From Carcharhinus longimanus (lineage: Eukaryota), in NCBI GenBank assembly GCA_030264375.1, contig JASCQW010000133.1, positions 43,026,065-43,090,064 on the forward strand: a stretch of 64,000 nt of DNA. Reading direction: 5' to 3'. A program made the position numbers and the translations under genes. The notes beneath the pieces were generated by a model, which worked only from the letters and a program-made list of their open reading frames with translations, was not told the origin of the DNA and made no database searches. Shown here in pieces: positions 27,026 to 36,680 of the stretch. Every line of letters begins with the position of its first letter. Positions within the stretch are counted from its first letter, which is position 1.

Positions 27026-27735
27026 CTCAATTCTGATCTCCCAGCTTTGAAGGTTTCCTTCCTCCTCGGAGCAGGCGGGCAGTCCCAGACAGATTAATTA
27101 CGGCACCTTTTGTTTAAGTTGTGCCGGACCCTCTCGTCTCCAAAAAAACCCCTGCTTTCTTTCACCAGAACAAGCAGCAGCAGCAACGGGGTACCGCTTC
27201 GACCTTTCCCTTTTGTTGCTGTCGTCGCCTCCGGCTTCACTTAACGGTGATTTTTTTAAACCTTCCACTTGGGTTTTCCCCCTTCGGTATTTTCAGCAAA
27301 TGGAGGATTTGGAGGAAAAAAAGGACAAACGCGCGATAGCCAAGTCTGCAATCCCTCCTCTGAAAAAAAAGATTTACCTGAAAGAGAATTTTTTTTCTTA
27401 CCCTTTTTTTGAGGAGAAAAAGAAACCTGCTGCAGAGTTTGCCCTCAGGCCACTCACTTCTCCCCGGATTATGGTACCTGGAGTGGGGGAGGGGAGAGAG
27501 GGGGGGTGGGAAAGGTCTCGATCTGAAATAAATTCAGTGAAAGGAAAGAGGGGGGGGGAAAAACACCACAGGAGGGATTTTGAAAGGAGCGAGAGAGCAG
27601 GTGGCTGATAATCACAGCCGAGAAAACCGCTGCTTCTCCCGCACCTTCACCGCCTCCTATCGCGCGGGGAGCGGCCAAACCCGCACAGTTTGCCCTCACA
27701 CCGACTCGCACGACGACGCTGCCACCGCCTCTAGT
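27026..27735 (-). other. Probable non-coding 5' exon region of a minus-strand gene
   Basis: No ATG on the minus strand from 27781 to 27026; ends in donor GAG|GTATGC; additional donors at 27645, 27458, 27402 and 27378. TSS position is estimated. Confidence 0.6.
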
Positions 27736-27848
27736 CCCGCCCTGCAACCGCCAATACTCCACCAATCACCACCGCGCTCCTCATGATTGACAGTACAAAC
27801 GCCCAATAGATGGAGTGCGTGAAATGATGGACATCACAGAAAACCAAT
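27736..27848. promoter_or_regulatory. Proximal promoter: GC box, four CCAAT boxes, PBX/PREP decamer
   Basis: CCCGCCC 27736-27742; CCAAT at 27751, 27762, 27803 and 27844; TGATTGACAG 27784-27793; related TGATGGACAT 27825-27834. Confidence 0.75.
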
Positions 27849-29694
27849 CATTTGCCGAACNNNNNNNNNNNNNNNNNNNNNNNNNNNNNNNNNNNNNNNN
27901 NNNNNNNNNNNNNNNNNNNNNNNNNNNNNNNNNNNNNNNNNNNNNNNNNNNNNNNNNNNNNNNNNNNNNNNNNNNNNNNNNNNNNNNNNNNNNNNNNNNN
28001 NNNNNNNNNNNNNNNNNNNNNNNNNNNNNNNNNNNNNNNNNNNNNNNNNNNNNNNNNNNNNNNNNNNNNNNNNNNNNNNNNNNNNNNNNNNNNNNNNNNN
28101 NNNNNNNNNNNNNNNNNNNNNNNNNNNNNNNNNNNNNNNNNNNNNNNNNNNNNNNNNNNNNNNNNNNNNNNNNNNNNNNNNNNNNNNNNNNNNNNNNNNN
28201 NNNNNNNNNNNNNNNNNNNNNNNNNNNNNNNNNNNNNNNNNNNNNNNNNNNNNNNNNNNNNNNNNNNNNNNNNNNNNNNNNNNNNNNNATGAAGCTCGCA
28301 ATTTGTGGTCTGGGTTCTGTTAGAATCGCCCCGATGTCTGGTAAATTGTGAATTTAACCTCATTGGGCCCAGTAATACTTACTCATCCCCCATTTTGACA
28401 GCACCTTCACGCTTGTATAAAATCAAGCAGAAGGAGATTTCCTTCCTGCGTCATGTTAAAATGTATGCTTCAAAAGCAGGTTCGATGAACTGAAATATCA
28501 CTCCTTGTGTTTCTTTTCACTGCTTACATTTCTGTGAAAGTTGACAGCTGGTCAGAGAAATGTTTGATGCATTTTCATTAGTCAAATCTGTCCATGCTTA
28601 TGAGTCGAAAAATGTGGGCACATGATGGGAATAGCTTGCCAGTGTTTTCCATATTTGTGTTGAAACACCAAACATTTATTCTTGGGGAAAGAACACATTC
28701 TATCTTGTTCTTGCCTGAATGTTTGTTTCTTTTTGTTTACTCTGCCTCGAAAGCAAAATGCAGCTATGGAGGATGGACTATCCCAGCATTCATAGCAGTC
28801 CAGAAAGTTTTCTATCAGTTTAATTTGCCATAGAACAAGGAATAAACTTATCAGTAAGCGATATTATAGTAATTTCTGCCACAGCTTTCATTTGTCCTAT
28901 GGTATCACAATTTCTTCTGTTTGAATCTCCCGTTAAATGTCAACAAGATAGTAGACCTAATCTCATTAATAGTAACAGGTTATTTCAAGATATGCCATTT
29001 CATTTTTTAGGTAGGCTGTCTGTGCTTACCTTGCCAGATATTTGGAAAAAAATTGTGTTGCAATAAGGGAATAAACAATGTACTATTAACTTGGAATGTG
29101 AGTTAATGCTCTTCCGCTTGTTCATTTTTTCATAAGCTTCTAATAACATTATAGTGTTCACCATGGATACAATTGGATGACATAATTTTGAATTTCATTA
29201 GTAATAGCTGCTGTTTATGGCCTGTAACTTCCTGGTCCCCCAGTGTCAGATTTGCATAGGTAAGATAAGGATTTAACTGGCAATTATCCAGAAGTACTAA
29301 CTTTCCCAGATGATTGCTGGGAACTATCTGACAAATCAGTTTAAATCACTAACTTCGAATGGCCCTGCCAGTGATATGCTAATAGTTACTCTGAAAGTCT
29401 GAAAGACTTAGAAAACATAAAAGCTTTTCTAAGTTCAGCGTGGCTATTTTAAACACCCAGACAAACTCTCTCCCCCCACCACCGACAAAGTACTCCCCCA
29501 ACAGTAATCCCCATCTGCATGAGATCCTCCATCTCTGCCTCCAACTTCCAAACCCCTCTACCCTGCTGAACCAATGCCCCCACCCCTCGACCAGGCCCAG
29601 TTTGACTCCTCCAATGTCCAACTTCCCCTCCCCACTCCCTCCCAAGTGTCTAATGCCTCCAATCCCATGTCCCACCTGGTGTCTCACTCAACTA

Positions 29695-29736
29695 AACTTT
29701 ATTTATTCGTCACAAGTAAGGCTTACATTAACACAG
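29695..29736 (-). mobile_element. V-SINE-like tail running into an N gap
   Basis: TTTATTTATTCGTCACAAGTAAGGCTTACATTAACAC. Confidence 0.8.
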
Positions 29737-30400
29737 NNNNNNNNNNNNNNNNNNNNNNNNNNNNNNNNNNNNNNNNNNNNNNNNNNNNNNNNNNNNNNNN
29801 NNNNNNNNNNNNNNNNNNNNNNNNNNNNNNNNNNNNNNNNNNNNNNNNNNNNNNNNNNNNNNNNNNNNNNNNNNNNNNNNNNNNNNNNNNNNNNNNNNNN
29901 NNNNNNNNNNNNNNNNNNNNNNNNNNNNNNNNNNNNNNNNNNNNNNNNNNNNNNNNNNNNNNNNNNNNNNNNNNNNNNNNNNNNNNNNNNNNNNNNNNNN
30001 NNNNNNNNNNNNNNNNNNNNNNNNNNNNNNNNNNNNNNNNNNNNNNNNNNNNNNNNNNNNNNNNNNNNNNNNNNNNNNNNNNNNNNNNNNNNNNNNNNNN
30101 NNNNNNNNNNNNNNNNNNNNNNNNNNNNNNNNNNNNNNNNNNNNNNNNNNNNNNNNNNNNNNNNNNNNNNNNNNNNNNNNNNNNNNNNNNNNNNNNNNNN
30201 NNNNNNNNNNNNNNNNNNNNNNNNNNNCCCAGTGTCCAACTCAGCTCAAAACTCCCATTGGTCAAATCCCAACATCCCATTTCAAATGTCCAACTTTCCA
30301 CCCGTGACCGAATCCTCACCCCTCACATTCCATTCACTTATCTTAGGCACTTGTCTTCGCCTTTGGCTGTTCTCTTCAATGGGACACTTAAACTTGCCTG

Positions 30401-30544
30401 CTATTTCACAGCTTGTGCAGTTATTAAAGGAGTGTGTTCTTCTTCACTTTGCTTCTTTTGCACTTCGGCACTGGAGCCAGGGATCTGCTGCACTACTTGA
30501 ATTTCCTCCTGGTCTGAGCCAGGAAGATCAGGCAAGACAAGCAC
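30401..30544 (-). CDS. Candidate terminal coding exon (47 aa, ends with a dileucine-type motif); unconfirmed
   Basis: TTAAC branch-like site and CTTTTAG| acceptor; VLVLPDLPGSDQEEIQVVQQIPGSSAEVQKKQSEEEHTPLITAQAVK*. A competing plus-strand exon model overlaps it. Confidence 0.25.
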   Translation of the reverse strand: MLVLPDLPGSDQEEIQVVQQIPGSSAEVQKKQSEEEHTPLITAQAVK

Positions 30545-30659
30545 CTAAAAGTTTTAGCGCTGTTAAGTCAGTGGAGAATGGCAATGCCACAGAGGATGTT
30601 ATGACCCATTGTGTCATTGAAAACAACAGCAATTTATGTGATAATATATTATCCAAGAA

Positions 30660-30915
30660 TACAATCCTGCAAACTCCCTGCAAAGACAAGGGCAGCAGCT
30701 ACAAATTCCCCTCCAAGTCACATACTTCCCTGCTTGAGGTATGTTGCCATGCCTTCAATGTCAGTGGGTCCTGGAATTCTGCCTGACATCATTGTCGAAC
30801 TACCTCAACCACACTGACTGCAGCAGTTCAAGAAGGCAGCTCACCACCACTTTCTCAAGAACAATTAGGAATGAGCAATTTGTGCCAACCATACTCACAT
30901 TTGAAGAACAAATAA
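30660..30915 (+). mobile_element. LINE-derived 3' end shared with the 13342 SINE family
   Basis: CCTGGAATTC..GACTGCAGCAGTTCAAGAAGGCAGCTCACCACCAC..CAATTAGG. Confidence 0.7.
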
Positions 30916-31104
30916 AATATTATTGGAAAAACCATAATCTTGACAAACATTTTTAAATTTGGGAAGACATTGCACTATTTGGACATTTGTTTACAGAAAG
31001 TTCAGAAGTTCATCTTTGGGGACCAAGCATGGCTTCTCCAAGAAATGTCCTACCATCATGGTACTTAATGGGGGAGAACTGCTTGCTTGTTCGCACAGCA
31101 ATTA

Positions 31105-31173
31105 AGAACATAAGAAATAGGAGCAGGAGTAGGCCATCTAGCCCTTCGAGCCTGCCCCGCCATTCAATAAGAT
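31105..31173 (-). mobile_element. Young CR1 3' tail at a gap edge
   Basis: AAGAACATAAGAAATAGGAGCAGGAGTAGGCCATCTAGCCCTTCGAGCCTGCCCCGCC; near-identical in reverse to 7436-7505. Confidence 0.85.
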
Positions 31174-32584
31174 NNNNNNNNNNNNNNNNNNNNNNNNNNN
31201 NNNNNNNNNNNNNNNNNNNNNNNNNNNNNNNNNNNNNNNNNNNNNNNNNNNNNNNNNNNNNNNNNNNNNNNNNTAACAGTAATGTCATTAAGACCCTCCA
31301 GTCCTACCACCTTTCCATCTCTAACACCCAGCAAATTATTCACGTCCTCCAATTATTTTAATTGATTGAAAAAAAACACGTTTAAAGAAGAAGTCCAGTG
31401 ATTTGCTGGAAATCACATTATGCACTTTAAGTTTTGAACTTGTTTTTTGAATTCAGTTAAGACTGTACTGAAAATTTACCTAGCTCGCATCCTCCTTACT
31501 TTGCTTGTAACCATGCGATTGCCAGTATCCAGCTAAGTATCCTCACCTCACTGAAACTTTCCTGTCTTTAGAAACTCAATAGCCTGAAATGAGAAGGACA
31601 GATCAGGTTCTATCCTTCTCTGCGTTGAAACTCCTTTGGTGAGATTGTCCAGGTGTCTACTGGGTTTAACAATTTGTCTGAACATGAGGGAACTCCAAAC
31701 CAACAGCGCCAAAACCCTGTGAACTTTAGCTTTTGTTTTATAGCGTTTACTCTTCAATCGTCCATCTCTGCAGTTATCTGTGGTATGTGTGCTAGTTAGT
31801 GTATCATCCAGTTCTTGCAACTTCTGAATTTATTGAAAGAAACCTAGTGCAAGTCTTAAAATAGATTTTGGTGAATGAATTCATTTTTAAACTAATGGCA
31901 TGACCTACGAAGTGGTGTAGTTAGATAAACAGTGCACTCCCAGTCATAACAATATTATAATATGATGCAGCGTTTTTGTCTGGCTAACATTAGCAGTATA
32001 ACATTGGCGCACTTAAATTACTGTTGGATTAATGTGACTCACTTTTGAATAAGGAAATATATATTTAGAATATATCACATGCTTTGGTCTAAACCAATAT
32101 TTTTTAGTTTTACTTGTATATTTATGTAAAATTTAGCAAATACTTTTAAAGCTGTGCTAATTACCTCCCATATTGCCTTTTAGAACTACAGTTTCTTGTA
32201 AATTTTGTGCGTCATATTGTTGCAAACAGTCACATCATATTGATACATGAAAGGTTTTTTTCAGCACTTCTGTAGTTTATTTTCCTTTGATATGATGTCA
32301 ACATCACTGACAAGACAGTCATTTATTGCCCATCCCAATTGTCCTTGAGAGATTGTGGTGATAAGCAGGCATCTTCAACTATTGCAGTCCATGTGATGAA
32401 ACTACTCCTGCAGTGTTCTGAGGGAGGAATCTTCAGGACTTTGACCACTAATACTGAAGGAGCGTGCTGGCCGATTTCTCAGTGGTGTTGCTCTGATGAT
32501 GTGCTACAAAGGTGAAGTGTTTAAGCCGGCCAATCGTTTTAATACAACTACACAGACACTCTTGATGGAAAGTGGTTCAGAACT

Positions 32585-32937
32585 GGCTAAAGAGGATTGA
32601 CAGGGGTAGATGTAGAGCAAATGTTTCCCCTTGTTGGTCATTCTAGAACGAGAGACCATTGTTTTAGGTGGCAGATTTAAAACAGAGGTGAGTAGGAATT
32701 GTTTCACTCAAAGGATCGTGAATCTGTGGAATTCTCTACCCCGGATACAATGAATGCGGAAAACTAAACAAATTTAAGGAGGAGATAGATCGTCTTTAAA
32801 TTAGATGAGAGATGAAGGGTTATAGGGAGTGAGTAGGAGGAGAAGATGAGGCCAAGATTAGATCGGCCATGATCGTGTTGAATGGTGGAGCAGCTCTAGG
32901 GCTGAATTGCCGACTCCTGAGGCTCGTTCTTATGTTG
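32585..32937 (+). mobile_element. CR1 3' fragment
   Basis: ORF2 C-terminus (..RFKTEVSRNCFTQRIVNLWNSLP) and tail GATCGGCCATGATC..GCCGACTCCTG. Confidence 0.8.
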
Positions 32938-33094
32938 AATTCTTAAGTTTATTGAGTTTTCTTCTATCACACTTTTCAGGGAGTGCATTCCAGATCATTA
33001 TAATTGGCTATCTTTTTATATAAAAGGAAAATCCTTGGGCCAATCTCTGATAAACGTTGTGGGTATCTTGGATCAAAGGTAATGTTGTTGGGAT

Positions 33095-33258
33095 TTGACA
33101 TTTAACCTCCCTAACGGCATTGTGGGTCAACCCACAGCACATGGACTGCACTGATTCAAGAAGACTGCTCACCACCACCTTCTCAAGAGCAATTAGGGAT
33201 GGGTAATAAATGCTGGCCAGCCAGCGACGCCCATGTCCCATGGATGAATAAAAAAAAT
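33095..33258 (+). mobile_element. LINE-derived 3' end (same family as 30660)
   Basis: TTCAAGAAGACTGCTCACCACCACCTTCTCAAGAGCAATTAGGGATGGGTAATAAATGCTGGCC; inverted partner at about 32290-32462. Confidence 0.75.
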
Positions 33259-34139
33259 TCCTCCCCGGGCTTCCTAGCAAGGGATCTTGTGGCCCTGCCT
33301 ACTGTGTCCTTGCTGAAACCAGAACTCAGACATGCTATAATCAACCGTAATCATTCATTTCAAGAAATAATACAACACATTTACATCATAAATACCCGAC
33401 TTTCTTTAATATTTCATTTGTTTATTCTCATATTTTGTTTTATTATATTCTGAGACATATATTATGACTTGGTAAGGGAAATTGACAGGTAACATGGAAG
33501 ATGAAGAGGCAAGATCAAAGGGGTGACAGAAAGTGAAAAGCAGCCATTAGCAAAAGTAAAAACGAAGAGATGAGAGAAAGACGACAAGGAGTTGGCAGAG
33601 AATAACAGAGTGCAGGAAGAACTAGTGCTATGTATGAGAGACCAGGACTCTTTAAAGAAGCTTTCATCTATGATCTACATGATAATTCTGAGCCAGACCC
33701 AGAATTTGATATTGACAGTGAATTAGAGGAATGTGCATGTCATGGTACAACAAACTGTAAAAAATAACCACTTTCTCAATGTGTTATGCAAAATGATAAG
33801 CTGCAATTGCTACCCCTTAAGTGAGCTGCCTGATTCATTGAATGTTCTTCTTATTGGGAACAAAGAAAATCCAAAAATTTCTTCAAAAGCATCAGAAAAT
33901 GCTGAGTAGGATCACCAAAAAAAATCTGTTTTGGATCAAAAGAAATTCTAATGTGGTCTGTCATATGTTTTAACAAATGTTGAAGATGTGGACTATGACA
34001 CTAATAGACACTTCTTCTGTCTACAAAGGATGTGGCCTCTTTTGTGAATTTGCAGACAGCGTGTCAATGCATGGTGCCTTTTTCAACTAAACAAAAATTT
34101 GGGGGACAGCCATTTCCTGGCTCAGTGGTGAGTTCACCT

Positions 34140-34358
34140 GCTGATTTGAATTTAAACAAAAGCTTTGCATTTAACTGTTCCCTGGTGTATTCCCCATGGC
34201 AACGTCTCTACCAATCAGAGTTCACATACCAGCTAATCAGCACTCCAAGTTCATGCAGTATAAATTATTGCTCTCTTTACAATAGGTATCCCTGCAAATC
34301 AGTCCTGATGAGTGCGAGATGAAAAGCTTTTGACAGCATGTCTCTTTTTTCAGCAATA
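34140..34358 (+). mobile_element. Short promoter plus hammerhead cassette (Penelope pLTR or retrozyme-like)
   Basis: CCATGGCAAC, CCAATCAG, CTAATCAG and TATAAA followed by a hammerhead core. Confidence 0.55.
34302..34334 (+). ncRNA. Minimal type-I hammerhead ribozyme motif
   Basis: GTC-CTGATGA-GT(GCGAG)AT-GAAA-AGCTT-T-GAC: intact CUGAUGA/GAAA core, short stems I, II and III. Confidence 0.55.
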
Positions 34359-34664
34359 AAATAATGATATGAAAAAAGATGATGAAGTGAATTTTAAATT
34401 AAACCTGTTGCATATTCAGCCCATACACCTATAGGATGAATATCTCAGCTTATTTCTTCATAATAACATTTGCTTTATCTTATTTTTTAATATCTTATTT
34501 TTAAATTACATCCCTTTATTTCCTGGAGCATCTGGTTCACTAGCATCCTTTAGGGATGGAAATCTGCTGTCCTTATATGGTCTGGCCGACATGTGATTCC
34601 AAACCCACAGCCCTACAAGCCCTCAACCTATCTTGAATCCTCCAATTCAAGCCTGTGCTCATCC

Positions 34665-35335
34665 TGTCATGGACCAGCTCTGAGAGTGATTAAAGGATGC
34701 TGTGATCCAGAACCAGACCCCGTAATTTTGGTGCTATTTGGTTAGGGACCAATAACATTTTGAGTAAATTACACCAAGTTTGAAATCACAGGTACNNNNN
34801 NNNNNTAAAGCTGCAAGATTCCATGGGGGGGCGGGGGGGTTGAAGCAAACCAAAATAAAATTTACAATGAAAAGTCAAAACAATTTGCAACATCTATCTT
34901 ATATTTTATATTCGGAATTAATATGAGGGTAAATATGAATTAATGGGCAAACTGTGGGTGGACACCCCACACCGCACTGCACAGTTAATGATAGATACAA
35001 CAAAGAACAATCCCATGGATTTCTCACCAACCTACCCACTCATAACTGTCCACTGTGAGTTACACAGTCCCATTAAAACACTGTCTCCCTCCAAAGCTCA
35101 AGCCTCTGAATTTTCTTATAAGCTGCTCCAGCCCCAGTGACTGCATACGCCCTGGTGGTTTTACCTCTTCTTCTGAGATGGCCTTCTACTGACTTCCTGA
35201 GGCTGCACTCCACCTTTTCAACCAAGCCAAGTAGAATACCACTCCTCCAAAGGGTTACTTTCCCTCAACATTCACAACAGGGAATCAATGACTTTCTGCC
35301 TTTTTAACGATCCAGAGCTTCTTTCTGAACCCTAC
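34665..35335 (-). mobile_element. LTR-like remnant
   Basis: Begins TGTCATGGACCAG with LTR-like composition; other terminus unclear. Confidence 0.35.
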
Positions 35336-35344
35336 ATGTAAAAC

Positions 35345-36680
35345 AATATAGGAGCAGGAATACACCATTCGGCTCATCGAGTCTGCTCCACCATTAACAA
35401 AATCATGACTGATCTGATATGATAATCCTCAGCTCTACCTTCCCATCTTATCCCCGTAACCCTTGATTCCCTTCCTGATTATAAATCTGTCTATCTCAGC
35501 CTTGAGCATAACAACTCATCTTTTCAGCCCTCTGTGGTAAAGAATTTCATAGATTCACTACTCTCTGAGAGAAGAAATTCCTCATCACCTCCATTTTAAA
35601 TGGGCTCATCCCTTACTCAGAAATTATATCCTTTGATCCTAGACTCTCCCACAAGAGGCAACAACCTCTCAGCATCTAACATATCAAGCCTCCGAGAATT
35701 TTTTATGCCTGAGTAAGGTCGCCTCATTCTTCTAAACTCATTTGGAGTTCAGTACAGGCCAAACCTACTCAACCTCTCTTCATAAGAAAATCCCTCCATT
35801 CCCAGGATCAACTCAGTGACGCTTCTTTGAACTGCTTCCAATGCCAGTATACCTTTCCCTAAATAAGGGGACCAAAACTGTTCACAGTATTCAAGGTGTG
35901 GTCTGACGAATACCCTGTATAGCTCTCCTTTTCCTACTCTATTGCCTTTGAAATAAAGGCCAGCATTCCATTTGTCTTCTCTGTGACCTGCTTAACTTGC
36001 TTGCTACTTTCTATGATTTATGCATGAGGACTCCCAAATCCCTCTGTGCTGCAGCTTTCTGCAGTCTTTTCTCCATTTATTCAGCGCCTTTATTCTTCCT
36101 ACCAAAGTGCAAAACTTCGCATTTTCTTACATTATATTTCCTCTAACAAGTTTTTGCCCGCTCATTTAACCTGTCTGTATCCCACTACAGACACCTTGGG
36201 CAGAATTTTACCGGCATGTCTGCCTAAGTTTCACACAATCCTGCCCAAGGCCAACGGAGAATGCCGTTCTCCGAGCCGAGCCCGCTCCCGGAATCGGGGC
36301 TGGCGTGCCGGTAAAATTCCAGCCTTTATATCATCCTCATCATTTGCCTTTCCACCTATTTTTGTCATCCACAAAATTGACAATAGCACATTCACTTCCT
36401 TCGTCCAAGTCATAAATATATATTGTAAATAATTGAAGTCCAAACAATGATCCCTGTGACATTCCAATAGTTACAGGTTGTTGTCCTGAAAACTCCTCTC
36501 TTAGCCCAAACTCCCTGTCTTCTATAGTTAATCTTCTATCCATGCTAATATACTACTCCGCAATACCATTGGCTCTTAGTAGCTTTTTGTGAGGTTCCTG
36601 TTTATCCTTTTATCTATCCTGCATATCACCACCTGAAAGAATTGTAAAACATATGTGAAGCATGATTTCCCCTTCAGAAA
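35345..36680 (-). mobile_element. CR1 LINE fragment (RT to 3' tail) interrupted by a MITE
   Basis: Minus translation QPVTIGMSQGSLFGLQLFTIYIYDLDEGSECAIVNFVDD (CR1 RT) and reverse CR1 tail at 35345. Confidence 0.85.
36198..36325. mobile_element. MITE with about 19-bp TIRs (PIF/Harbinger-like), CpG-rich
   Basis: GGGCAGAATTTTACCGGCA ... TGCCGGTAAAATTCCAGCCT, inserted within CR1. Confidence 0.75.

Larger units (their letters stand above)
26950..27860. promoter_or_regulatory. CpG island promoter of an unidentified gene
   Basis: Only extended CpG-dense, non-repeat stretch in a CpG-depleted window; runs into an N gap (27861-28288). Confidence 0.85.

Noticed and set aside
27213-27786. Plus-strand ORFs in the CpG island
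   Set aside because: Low-complexity, homopolymer-rich translations typical of GC-rich leaders; orientation cues favour the minus strand.
29440-30786. 448-aa ORF and other long ORFs (1386-2029, 27815-28363)
   Set aside because: Length comes from N runs translated as X; the 3' end runs into a repeat.
31548-31823. 90-aa minus ORF with an upstream acceptor
   Set aside because: No recognisable homology and no donor compatible with the 30544 exon.
33490-33790. Acidic coding-like stretch (DNSEPDPEFDIDSELEE)
   Set aside because: Interrupted by stops, no splice or terminal signals; possibly a decayed transposon but not assignable.
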